A stretch of DNA of 34,709 nt from Anaerolineae bacterium. Its GTDB lineage: Bacteria; Chloroflexota; Anaerolineae; B4-G1; DUEL01. Numbering within the stretch: position 1 is the stretch's first letter; every line of letters begins with the position of its first letter. The stretch covers positions 1 through 34,709 of the forward strand of contig DAOTYW010000229.1 of the NCBI GenBank assembly GCA_034434755.1, written 5' to 3'. The notes under the pieces were generated by a model. That model saw only the letters and a list, made by a program, of their open reading frames with translations. It was not told the DNA's origin and ran no database searches. The translations under genes and the position numbers were made by a program. Shown piece by piece: positions 15,667 to 23,671 of this stretch.

Positions 15667-17763
15667 CTAGAATCGCTGCGCGAACAGCGGCAGGATGAGG
15701 ACGAACAGCAGGATGAAGGCGCACAGGAACATCAGCACCTGCAGGAGGTAGTGCTGGACCTGGCCCGTTTGCAGCACCTGGCGCGTCGTCCGGCCCAGCC
15801 AGCCGGTGAGCTTGCCCAGGCCGTCCACGATGCCGCCGTCAATGATGTAGCGGTGGATCCAATGACTGACCGCGCCGATCAGTTCGCCCAGCCGCGCCGC
15901 GCTGTGCAAGATGCCGTCAATCAGGCCGCGGTCGAACCCCTCGTAGACCCCCTTCGCCAGCCAGAGGGTCGGGCGGATGAAGACGGCCTGATACAGCTCA
16001 TCGAAATAGTACTTGTTGCGCAGCAGGGTGTGTACCGGCCCCAGCGCCCGCACCAGCGGGTCGGGCTGGCCCTCGCGCAGCGGGCGCAGGCCGTAGACCA
16101 GCCACCCCACCGCCAGTCCGCCCAGGGCGACTACCAGGGAGGTGATCAGCGGGAACGGGTCGAACCCTTCCGCCCCGTGCGGCAGCAGCTCGCCGATGGT
16201 CGCACCGACGAAGTGGTGGAACCAGTTGTGGCCGATCAGCGAGCCGAGTAGCGGGAACTCCTCCGGCACGCCGACGAAGCCGAAGAAGACGGCGAACAGC
16301 GCCAGCACCACCAGCGGCCCGCGCATCGTCCAGGGGGTGTCGTGGGCGTGGGCAGCGTGCTCCCCGCGCGGCTGCCCGGCAAAGGTCAGGCAGATCTGGC
16401 GCATGGTGTAGAAGGCGGTCAGGAACGCCGCCACAGCCAGCACCCAGAAGACCACCGTGTTGTGCGTCCAGGCCCAGGAGAGGATCTCGTCCTTGCTCCA
16501 GAAGCCGGCGGTGAGGATGGGGAAGCCGGAGAGGGCCAGCCCACCGGCGACGAAGGTCCAGAAGGTCACCGGCATGCGCTTGCCCAGCCCGCCCATCTTC
16601 ATCATGTCCTGCTCGTGGTGCGACCCGATGATCACCGAGCCGGAGCCGAGGAACAGCAGCGCCTTGAAGAAGGCGTGGGTGACCAGGTGGAAGGCCGCCG
16701 CCACGTAGGCGCCGATGCCCAGCGCGGCGACCATGTAGCCCAACTGGCTGATCGTCGAGTAGGCCAGCACGCGCTTGATGTCGTTCTGAGCCACGGCGAT
16801 GGTGGCGGCGAAGAGGGCGGTAAACGCGCCAATGAACGTCATCGCCGCCATCGGCGGCGTGCCCGCCCCGTGCTCCAGCCCCACCGCCAACAGCGGGAAG
16901 ATGCGCACCACCAGGTAGACACCCGCCGAGACCATCGTCGCGGCGTGGATCATCGCGCTGACCGGCGTGGGACCCTCCATCGCGTCCGGCAGCCAGACGT
17001 GCAGCGGGAACTGGGCACTCTTGCCCACCGTCCCGGCGAAGAGCAGCAGTCCCACCGCCGCCGCCACCGATAGCCCCGGGATCACCGAGGCCGTCACCCC
17101 CAGCTCGTGCAGCACTGGATGGCTGAGCACTACGGCGAAGCTGAGCGAGCCGGTCTGAGTGTACAGATAGGCGATGCCCAACAGCATGATCACGTCGCCG
17201 ATGCGGGTGGTGAGGAAGGCCTTGATCGCCGCCCGGTAGGCCGACGGCTTCTCGAACCAGAAGCCGATCAGCAGGTAGGAGCACAGCCCCATGATCTCCC
17301 AGAAGATGAACAGCATCAGCAAGTTATCGGCGACGGTCAGGCCGAGCATGCCGGTGGCGAACAGGCTGATGTAGGCGAAGAAGCGGCTGTAGCGCGGGTC
17401 GCCGTGCATGTAACCGACGCTGTAGATGAAGATCGCCAGACAGGTGATGGAGACGAAGAAGAGCGTGATCGCGGTCAGCGGATCCACCAGCACGCCCATG
17501 GTCAGCGCTGCGTCGCCGGAGGGCAGCCAGGGGATGCTGATGGCGAGCGGGTGCTCGGCCAGCTCCTCGCCGCCGCGCAGGAAGCCACTCCAGCAAACCA
17601 CCTGGGCCATCAGGAAGGAAATGACCATCGCGCCGATGGCGATGGAGTGGCTGACCCGCTTCCAGCGGTTGAAGAAGAGCACGATCAGCGCGAAAGCCAC
17701 CAGCGGCGGCAACGGGATCAACACGGTCAGGATCGGCAGCAGCGGTTGTAGGGTTTCCGTCAT
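15667..17763 (-). CDS. nuoL: NADH-quinone oxidoreductase subunit L, long form (698 aa)
   Basis: Antiporter-like core with LHVWLPDAMEGPTPVSAMIHAATMV. The C-terminal amphipathic lateral-helix region is followed by a final TM helix. Confidence 0.95.
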   Translation of the reverse strand: MTETLQPLLPILTVLIPLPPLVAFALIVLFFNRWKRVSHSIAIGAMVISFLMAQVVCWSGFLRGGEELAEHPLAISIPWLPSGDAALTMGVLVDPLTAITLFFVSITCLAIFIYSVGYMHGDPRYSRFFAYISLFATGMLGLTVADNLLMLFIFWEIMGLCSYLLIGFWFEKPSAYRAAIKAFLTTRIGDVIMLLGIAYLYTQTGSLSFAVVLSHPVLHELGVTASVIPGLSVAAAVGLLLFAGTVGKSAQFPLHVWLPDAMEGPTPVSAMIHAATMVSAGVYLVVRIFPLLAVGLEHGAGTPPMAAMTFIGAFTALFAATIAVAQNDIKRVLAYSTISQLGYMVAALGIGAYVAAAFHLVTHAFFKALLFLGSGSVIIGSHHEQDMMKMGGLGKRMPVTFWTFVAGGLALSGFPILTAGFWSKDEILSWAWTHNTVVFWVLAVAAFLTAFYTMRQICLTFAGQPRGEHAAHAHDTPWTMRGPLVVLALFAVFFGFVGVPEEFPLLGSLIGHNWFHHFVGATIGELLPHGAEGFDPFPLITSLVVALGGLAVGWLVYGLRPLREGQPDPLVRALGPVHTLLRNKYYFDELYQAVFIRPTLWLAKGVYEGFDRGLIDGILHSAARLGELIGAVSHWIHRYIIDGGIVDGLGKLTGWLGRTTRQVLQTGQVQHYLLQVLMFLCAFILLFVLILPLFAQRF

Positions 17764-17778
17764 GAGCGGGGTCTCCTA

Positions 17779-18090
17779 TCACCACTTCAACAGCGTGATC
17801 TGGTCCAGGTCCACCGTCTCCCGGCTGCGGAAGGCGGAGATGATCAAGGCCAGTCCGACGGCCACTTCGGCGGCGGCGACGGCGTAGACGAAAGCCGCGA
17901 ACGCCTGGCCCGTGGCCCCCAGCGGGTCCTCGAAGCGCCAGAAGGCCAGCAGGTTGACGATGACGGCGTTGAGCATCAGCTCGATGCTCATCAGGATGGC
18001 GATGGCGTTGCGCCGCGCCAGCACGCCGTAGACGCCGATGCAGAACAGGACAGCCGAAAGCATGAGATACCAGCTGAGTGGAACCATCAC
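17779..18090 (-). CDS. nuoK: NADH-quinone oxidoreductase subunit K
   Basis: 103 aa, three TM helices, typical NuoK sequence (LMLNAVIVNLLAF), positioned between nuoJ and nuoL. Confidence 0.93.
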   Translation of the reverse strand: MMVPLSWYLMLSAVLFCIGVYGVLARRNAIAILMSIELMLNAVIVNLLAFWRFEDPLGATGQAFAAFVYAVAAAEVAVGLALIISAFRSRETVDLDQITLLKW

Positions 18091-18584
18091 CGCTCCCTCG
18101 CAATGGTCACAGCGCCGATGAGGGCCATCACCAGCAATACGGAGGCGACCTCGAACGGCAGGGCGTACCGCTGCGGGTCGGTGAGGGCCAGCCCCAACTG
18201 GCGGAGGCTGTCATCGGCCACCGATCCGGCGGTCGCGGGCCACAGCACCTGGCGGGCCAGGACGACCAGGACGAGCAGCAGCGCGGCGGCGAGCAGCCCG
18301 GCCAGCCACCACTGGTCGTTGGCCGGCGGCACCAGCCCACGCATCATCCCGCGGGTCATCATGATCCCGAAGATGATCAGGATGCCGATCGCGCCCATGT
18401 AGATGAATAGCTGCGCGGCGGCGAAAAAGGGCGCCTCCAGCAGCACGTAGATCACGCCCACGCCGAAGAACGAAAGCAGCAGCCACAGGGCAGCGTGGAA
18501 GAGGTTGCGCACGGTGACCACCGCCACGGCCGCTGCGACCACCACCGCGCTGAACAGGAGGAAGATGATCTGTTGAACGGTCAT
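18087..18584 (-). CDS. nuoJ: NADH-quinone oxidoreductase subunit J
   Basis: I chose ATG at 18584 (MTVQQIIFLLFSAVV), preceded by AAGGAGG and forming an ATGA overlap with the nuoH stop. The longer track ORF adds a non-hydrophobic Gly/Arg-rich extension that overlaps nuoH. Confidence 0.9.
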   Translation of the reverse strand: MTVQQIIFLLFSAVVVAAAVAVVTVRNLFHAALWLLLSFFGVGVIYVLLEAPFFAAAQLFIYMGAIGILIIFGIMMTRGMMRGLVPPANDQWWLAGLLAAALLLVLVVLARQVLWPATAGSVADDSLRQLGLALTDPQRYALPFEVASVLLVMALIGAVTIARER

Positions 18585-19807
18585 GCCCCTACCTCCTTGG
18601 CGACCCGCACCCTGGGCCGGAACGGTCGGTGTCGGCGCTCGCGCGCCGCCAGGATCGCCCAGGTCGCCAGGAAGATCACTACATTGCTCGCCAGCAAGGC
18701 GCCGGCCCGCGCCCAGGTCGGCGCGTCCAGGCCCCACACCGCCGTGACCCCCCAGTTCACCAGCGCGACGACGCAGAGGGTGACCAGGGCGAGCGGGACG
18801 AGGAATTTCCAGTTGAAGGCCAGCATCTGGTCAATGCGCAGGCGGGGAATGGTCATCTGGATGAAGGCCCACACCAGCAACATGAACAGGATCTTGAGCA
18901 GGAACCACAGCGTGCCCAGGAGCGGGAATTGATCCACCCACGGGCCGCGCCAGCCGCCCAGGAAGACGGTGGAGAAGAGCGCGGCCACGGCAATGGCGCC
19001 CATGAACTCGCCGACGTAGAACATGCCGAACTTCATGCCGCTGTACTCGGTCTGATAGCCGGCCACCAGCTCCGACTCGCACTCCAACAGCTCGAAGGGT
19101 CGGGCGTTGATCTCGCCCATGCTGGCCAGGAAAAAGATCAACGCCGGCAGCGGCAGGGCCAGCAAGAAGATCACCTCCTGCGCGCCGACGATGTCCTGCA
19201 TCGAGAGCGACCCCACCACCACGACCACCGACAACACGGCCAACAGTTGCGGGATCTCGTAGCCCAGCAGTTGCGCCACGGCGCGGGACGCGCTGATGAT
19301 CGAGTACTTGTTATCGGACGACCAGCCGGCCATCAAGAAAGCGATCAGCGCGGCGGAGGAGAAGGCCAGGACGTAGAAGATGCCGATGTTCAGCTCCGCC
19401 CCGACCAGGTCACGGCCCCATGGGATGACCGCCCAGACCATCACCGCGGCGACGACGACCAGGATCGGAGCCAAGTTATAGGGGACGACATCGATCCCTT
19501 GCGGGCGAATGTCCTCTTTCGTGAACATCTTGATCACGTCGGCGAAGGGCTGGACGATGCCCCCCGGGCCGGCCCAGGTGCCGGAACTGTTCGGCCCCAG
19601 CCGCCCTCCGATACGCGCCGAGACCTTGCGGTACATCCAGATCAGGAAGATGACGATCAGCATCGGGACGAAGCCGACCACGACCGCGCCGACAGCGGCC
19701 ATGATCAGCCGGACCAGCGGTTCACTCAGCCCGGCGTTCGTCAGCAGCGTCTCGATCCACTGCCCGATATTCACGATCGCATTCGAGATAAAGGTCCAGA
19801 AATCCAT
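18581..19807 (-). CDS. nuoH: NADH-quinone oxidoreductase subunit H
   Basis: 408 aa polytopic protein with typical NuoH/ND1 features (RKVSARIGGRLGPN, LLECESELVAGYQTEYSGMKF). Confidence 0.95.
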   Translation of the reverse strand: MDFWTFISNAIVNIGQWIETLLTNAGLSEPLVRLIMAAVGAVVVGFVPMLIVIFLIWMYRKVSARIGGRLGPNSSGTWAGPGGIVQPFADVIKMFTKEDIRPQGIDVVPYNLAPILVVVAAVMVWAVIPWGRDLVGAELNIGIFYVLAFSSAALIAFLMAGWSSDNKYSIISASRAVAQLLGYEIPQLLAVLSVVVVVGSLSMQDIVGAQEVIFLLALPLPALIFFLASMGEINARPFELLECESELVAGYQTEYSGMKFGMFYVGEFMGAIAVAALFSTVFLGGWRGPWVDQFPLLGTLWFLLKILFMLLVWAFIQMTIPRLRIDQMLAFNWKFLVPLALVTLCVVALVNWGVTAVWGLDAPTWARAGALLASNVVIFLATWAILAARERRHRPFRPRVRVAKEVGA

Positions 19808-19840
19808 CTCCCGGCCCCCTTACAAACCCTCACCTCACCC

Positions 19841-19958
19841 CTGCCCACTTGCCCACTTGCCTACTTGCCCACTTGCCCACTTGCCTACTTGCATACTTGC
19901 CTACTTGCATACTTGCCTACTTGCCCACTTGCCCACTTGCCCACTTGCCCACTTCCCT
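19841..19958. repeat. about 14 tandem octamers ACTTGC(C/A)(C/T) filling the nuoA-nuoH spacer
   Basis: Read directly. Full units begin every 8 nt from 19847 to 19943. A degenerate last unit contains the nuoA stop codon (19958-19960). Confidence 0.9.
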
Positions 19959-20314
19959 CACATCCACTCCAGCGCTCCCTTGCGCCAGACATACACCAGG
20001 CCCGCGCCCAGGAGGAGGACAAAGAGCACGCCCTCCAGCAAGGCATAGGCCTGCACCTGGTTATAGACGAGCGCCCAGGGGAAAAGGAAAACGGCCTCCA
20101 CGTCGAAGACCAGGAAGGCGAGGGCGAAGAGGTAATACTGGTCCTTGAACTGCACCCACGCCTCACCGTGGGGCTGGAGGCCGCACTCGTAGAGCTCTTG
20201 CTTATACGGATTGGGCCGCTTGGGCCGGAAGAGCCAGGGCACGCCGATCATCACGACGGCCAGGAACAGGCCCACCAACAACAGGATGCCGACGAAGACG
20301 AATGGTTCCAGCAA
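19958..20314 (-). CDS. nuoA: NADH-quinone oxidoreductase subunit A
   Basis: 118 aa. YECGLQPHGEAWVQF and FLVFDVEAVFLFPW are typical of NuoA/ND3. TTG start at 20314 with GAGGAGG 7 nt upstream. Confidence 0.92.
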   Translation of the reverse strand: MLEPFVFVGILLLVGLFLAVVMIGVPWLFRPKRPNPYKQELYECGLQPHGEAWVQFKDQYYLFALAFLVFDVEAVFLFPWALVYNQVQAYALLEGVLFVLLLGAGLVYVWRKGALEWM

Positions 20315-20375
20315 GGGTCCGCCTCCTCTGTTCGTTGTGGATCAGGTCACGGCCAAAAGGCGCACAACGGGCGAG

Positions 20376-20403
20376 ATTATAGCATGCTATTTTCAAATGA
20401 CAA
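20376..20403 (-). promoter_or_regulatory. sigma-70-type promoter for the nuoA operon: TTGTCA-16 nt-TGcTATAAT
   Basis: On the minus strand the -35 TTGTCA is at 20403-20398 and the extended -10 TGC+TATAAT at 20384-20376. It lies in the only AT-rich patch of this spacer, about 55-60 nt upstream of the nuoA TTG. Confidence 0.5.
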
Positions 20404-20414
20404 GCGCCACATCA

Positions 20415-20502
20415 CCGCGTCCCCGCGTCTCCGCCTCCCCGCGTCTCCGCCTCCCCGCGTCCCCGCGTCTCTGCGTCTCCGCGTCCCCGCGTCTCCGCGT
20501 CT
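20415..20502. repeat. 11 tandem octamers CCGC(G/C)TC(C/T)
   Basis: Read directly with an exact 8-nt period from 20415 to 20502. It begins 3 nt past the glgP stop and ends 12 nt upstream of the predicted nuoA -35. Confidence 0.9.
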
Positions 20503-20505
20503 CAT

Positions 20506-22665
20506 CTACACCCCCCGCTCCCGCGCCTCCTGCGCCGCCGGGATGTAGAACTGCCCGGCGTACTGGCGCACCATGCGTCGGGTGCAGAAAGCCGGCGCCG
20601 CGCTGCGTAGCGCCGCCTTCATGACCTGCACCCAGCCGCGCGGCACCCCGTCGGCGTCCTGGGCGTAGAAGAGCGGGACGACCTCTTCCTCCAGCAGTCG
20701 GTACAGCTCCTGAGCATCGTGGGCGTCCTGGTCCGCCTCGTTGCCCCCCTCCAGTGGCTCAATAGCCCAGCCGTTGGCGCCGTTGTAGCCCTCGACCCAC
20801 CAGCCGTCCAGCACGCTGAGGTTAGGCACGCCATTGATCGCCGCCTTCTGTCCGCTGGTGCCGCTGGCCTCGTAGGGCCGGCGGGGCGTGTTCAGCCACA
20901 CGTCCACCCCCTGCACCAGGTAACGGGCCACGTGCATATCGTAGTCCTCGACAAAGGCGATCCGCCCGCCCAGGGCCGGATCCTTGGCCAGCGCGTAAAC
21001 CTGCTGGAGCAGGTGCTTGCCGCCCTCGTCGGCCGGGTGAGCTTTGCCGGCGAAGATGAACTGCACCGGACGGTGCAGGTCATGGACGATCCGCTTGAGT
21101 CGTTCCAGGTCGTGGAACAGCAACGTCGCCCGCTTGTAGAGGGCAAAGCGGCGGGCGAAGCCGATCGTCAGTGCCTCCGGGTCGAGAAACGCTCCCGCCG
21201 CCAGCACCTGGTCGGGGTCCATCTCGCCGGAGATGCGCCGCCGGCGCGCCCGCTCACGGATGAAACCCATCATCTTCCGTTTCTGGTCTTGATGGACCGC
21301 CCACAGTTCCCCGTCCGGCAGCGCGTCCAACCGTTCCCACAGCGTCGGGTCGTCGTGGCGCTCCCGCCAGTCCGGCCCCAGGTACTGATCGAACAGGCGG
21401 CCCAGCGGGCCGTAGACCCAGGAGGGGAGGTGGACGCCGTTGGTGATATGGGTGATCGGCACCTGTTCCTCCGGCCGGTCGGGCCAGAGGACATGCCACA
21501 TGCGGCGGCTGACCTGGCCGTGCAGCCGGCTGACGCCGTTGCGGTAGTCGGCGAAACGGAGGGCCAGCGCCGTCATATTGAACTCCGGCCCGGCGGGGCC
21601 GTCGAACTGGCCCAGTTGCAGGAACTGCTCGCGGGTCAGTCCCAGCGAGTCCCAGTAGGACATGAAGTACTTCTCGACCAGGGCAAAGCTGAAGGCGTCA
21701 TGGCCGGCGGGGACGGGCGTGTGGGTGGTGAAGACCGTCGTCGCCCGCACCGCTTCGGCTGCCTGATCGAACGACCAGCCGGCGGCGATCAGTTCGCGGA
21801 TGCGCTCCAGCACCATGAAGGCACAGTGGCCCTCGTTGATGTGCCAGACCGCCGGGTTCAGGCCGACCGCCCGCAGCGCGCGCACCCCGCCGACGCCCAG
21901 GACGACCTCCTGGGAAATGCGCATCTCGCGGTCGCCGCCGTACAGCCGCGCCGAGAGGCCGCGATCCCAGGGGGCGTTCTCCGGCACATCGGTGTCCATC
22001 AGGAACAGTCGCGCCCGCCCGACGCGGAACTCGCACAGGGCCACGTGGACATCCTGGCTGGCCAGGCGGACGGTGAAGCGCACCGGCTGGCCGTCCGAAC
22101 CCAGCGCCGGCCCCAGCGGTGTCTCCTCGCTGCGCAGCGGCGAGTAGATCGCCTCCTGCCAGCCGTGCGGGGGGATGCGCTGGCGAAAGTACCCCTGCGA
22201 GTAGATGAAGCCCACGCCGACCAGCGGGATGCCCAGGTCGCTGCACTCCTTGACATGGTCGCCGGCCAGCACGCCCAGCCCGCCGGAGTAGACGGGCAGG
22301 GACTGGTGAACGCCGAACTCGGCAGAGAAGTACGCCACCGGGCGGTCCACGAGCTCGGGATAGGCACGGGGGAACCACAGGTGACCGTTGGCCATATCCC
22401 GGTCGAAAGCCAGCAACACCGCATCCAGATGACGGAGGAACAGGGGGTCCCTGGCCGCCTGATGAATCTGCTCCGGCGACGCCTCCTGCAACATGCGCAC
22501 GGGGTTATGATTGGTCGAACGCCAGAGCGGATAGTCGAACCGCTTGAACAGATCGCGCGCCTCCTGGTGCCAGCTCCACCAGAAGTTGCTGGCCAGCTCG
22601 GCCAGACGAGCGATCCGAGGCGGCAGTCGGTCCGCAACAGAGACGGAACATTCTTGCATGAGCAT
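20506..22665 (-). CDS. glgP: alpha-glucan (glycogen/maltodextrin) phosphorylase, GT35 family
   Basis: 719 aa with an N-terminal NFWWSWH region and the PLP-lysine region YEASGTSGQKAAINGVPNLSVLDGWW. The start may instead be the second ATG at 22659. Confidence 0.92.
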   Translation of the reverse strand: MLMQECSVSVADRLPPRIARLAELASNFWWSWHQEARDLFKRFDYPLWRSTNHNPVRMLQEASPEQIHQAARDPLFLRHLDAVLLAFDRDMANGHLWFPRAYPELVDRPVAYFSAEFGVHQSLPVYSGGLGVLAGDHVKECSDLGIPLVGVGFIYSQGYFRQRIPPHGWQEAIYSPLRSEETPLGPALGSDGQPVRFTVRLASQDVHVALCEFRVGRARLFLMDTDVPENAPWDRGLSARLYGGDREMRISQEVVLGVGGVRALRAVGLNPAVWHINEGHCAFMVLERIRELIAAGWSFDQAAEAVRATTVFTTHTPVPAGHDAFSFALVEKYFMSYWDSLGLTREQFLQLGQFDGPAGPEFNMTALALRFADYRNGVSRLHGQVSRRMWHVLWPDRPEEQVPITHITNGVHLPSWVYGPLGRLFDQYLGPDWRERHDDPTLWERLDALPDGELWAVHQDQKRKMMGFIRERARRRRISGEMDPDQVLAAGAFLDPEALTIGFARRFALYKRATLLFHDLERLKRIVHDLHRPVQFIFAGKAHPADEGGKHLLQQVYALAKDPALGGRIAFVEDYDMHVARYLVQGVDVWLNTPRRPYEASGTSGQKAAINGVPNLSVLDGWWVEGYNGANGWAIEPLEGGNEADQDAHDAQELYRLLEEEVVPLFYAQDADGVPRGWVQVMKAALRSAAPAFCTRRMVRQYAGQFYIPAAQEARERGV

Positions 22666-22675
22666 CCCCTGAGCA

Positions 22676-22736
22676 CCCCCACCTTCCCCCCGCCCATCTC
22701 CTGCGAACGGGGGAGGGGAGGGGCAGAAGGGTGGGG
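22676..22736. repeat. imperfect C-run/G-run inverted repeat
   Basis: CCCCCACCTTCCCCCCGCCC (22676-22695) faces GGGAGGGGAGGGGCAGAAGGGTGGGGG (22710-22736). It lies between the membrane-protein stop and the glgP start. Confidence 0.5.
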
Positions 22737-22746
22737 GAAAAGTCCA

Positions 22747-23577
22747 TCACGCCGGCGCGAAAGCCAGGATCAGGGCCAGGGCCGCGGCGGCGATGAGCAC
22801 GAATTCGAGCACGACCCAGCGGTTCAGTTTGCCCAGCAGGTGCTGATGGGCAACGCCGGCGGAGAGATAGAAGACGACCAGCAGGAACAGGCTGCCGGTC
22901 CAATTTCCCAGCCGCCAGTAGTTGATCGCCCAGGTTGCCTCGCCCACCAGCAAGGCGACGACCCCGGCGTAGAGGGCCACCCGTCCCACCGTCACATCGG
23001 CCACGCTCAGCAAGTCGAGGGCGACCAGGAAGGCAAAGAGCATCGTTCCGCTGGCAGTGAGGATGCTGCGTACCCGCGTGCGGTAGACGAAGTAGAACAG
23101 GGCGAAGGCCAGCAGGTAGGCGAGGATGTTGAGCGCCAGACGGGCGCGGGCGTAGTTGGGGTCCTCCGTGGAGAGGGCGCTGAACTCCGCCGCCACCGCC
23201 AGGCCGCTCACCAACGCCATCCACAGCAGCCCCACCGCCCAGATGCCCTCGGTGGGGGCCAGTTCGACCAGGTAGGCGACCATCCCGCCCAGCAGGCTGG
23301 GCAGCACCCAGGAGAGGTAGAGTGGGCGGGGCAGGCGATCGGGCGCGTCGGGATGCGCCGCTAGCACGTAGCGGGTGCCCATCGCCATCAACGCCGCGAC
23401 CAGGGCGATCAGGAACATCGTGCTGGTGATGCGGATCTCCAGCGGCGAGCCCAGGACGCCCAGGCTCCATGCCGCTTCCGGCAGACGAATGAAGCGTAAC
23501 AGGACGCTGATCAGCAAGAGCAGGGCGATCAGCACCGAAAGCCGGTCGCGGTCCAGGTGGGGCACTCGTTCCACCAT
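22747..23577 (-). CDS. hypothetical polytopic membrane protein
   Basis: I chose ATG at 23577 (MVERVPHLDRDRLSVLIALLLL). The longer track ORF would overlap the divergent PBP gene and its promoter. It has 7-8 hydrophobic helices and I recognise no family. Confidence 0.55.
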   Translation of the reverse strand: MVERVPHLDRDRLSVLIALLLLISVLLRFIRLPEAAWSLGVLGSPLEIRITSTMFLIALVAALMAMGTRYVLAAHPDAPDRLPRPLYLSWVLPSLLGGMVAYLVELAPTEGIWAVGLLWMALVSGLAVAAEFSALSTEDPNYARARLALNILAYLLAFALFYFVYRTRVRSILTASGTMLFAFLVALDLLSVADVTVGRVALYAGVVALLVGEATWAINYWRLGNWTGSLFLLVVFYLSAGVAHQHLLGKLNRWVVLEFVLIAAAALALILAFAPA

Positions 23578-23622
23578 GAGCAGGCGATTGTACAGCGTGG
23601 CAGCCGTTTTGTCAACCCGCGC

Positions 23623-23651
23623 TTGCCAACTTGCCCACTTTCTGTTACTAT
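23623..23651 (+). promoter_or_regulatory. candidate sigma-70-type promoter for the PBP gene: TTGCCA-17 nt-TGtTACTAT
   Basis: -35 at 23623-23628, TGn at 23643-23645 and -10 at 23646-23651. GAGGAGG at 23659-23665 and GTG at 23672 follow. Confidence 0.35.
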
Positions 23652-23671
23652 CGGCCCTGAGGAGGTAGGCT

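Noticed and set aside
10621-17284. Numerous 150-450-aa alternative-frame ORFs within nuoN, nuoM, nuoM' and nuoL (for example 14908..16251 +, 15998..17284 -, 13997..15724 -)
   Set aside because: All overlap well-supported antiporter-like subunit genes. They are Arg/Gly/Pro/Ala/Gln-rich and lack motifs. This is expected noise at this GC content.
18087-19807. A hidden nuoI (2x[4Fe-4S] ferredoxin-like subunit) between nuoH and nuoJ
   Set aside because: nuoH and nuoJ overlap by 4 nt. None of the alternative-frame ORFs in this interval shows CxxCxxCxxxCP motifs. The absence seems real for this locus.
19509-20148. Plus-strand ORFs translating the octamer array into LAHLPTCPLAYLPTC-type repeats
   Set aside because: The periodic peptide is produced by the 8-nt DNA repeat read through three frames. 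The ORFs overlap nuoH and nuoA on the opposite strand and have no RBS.
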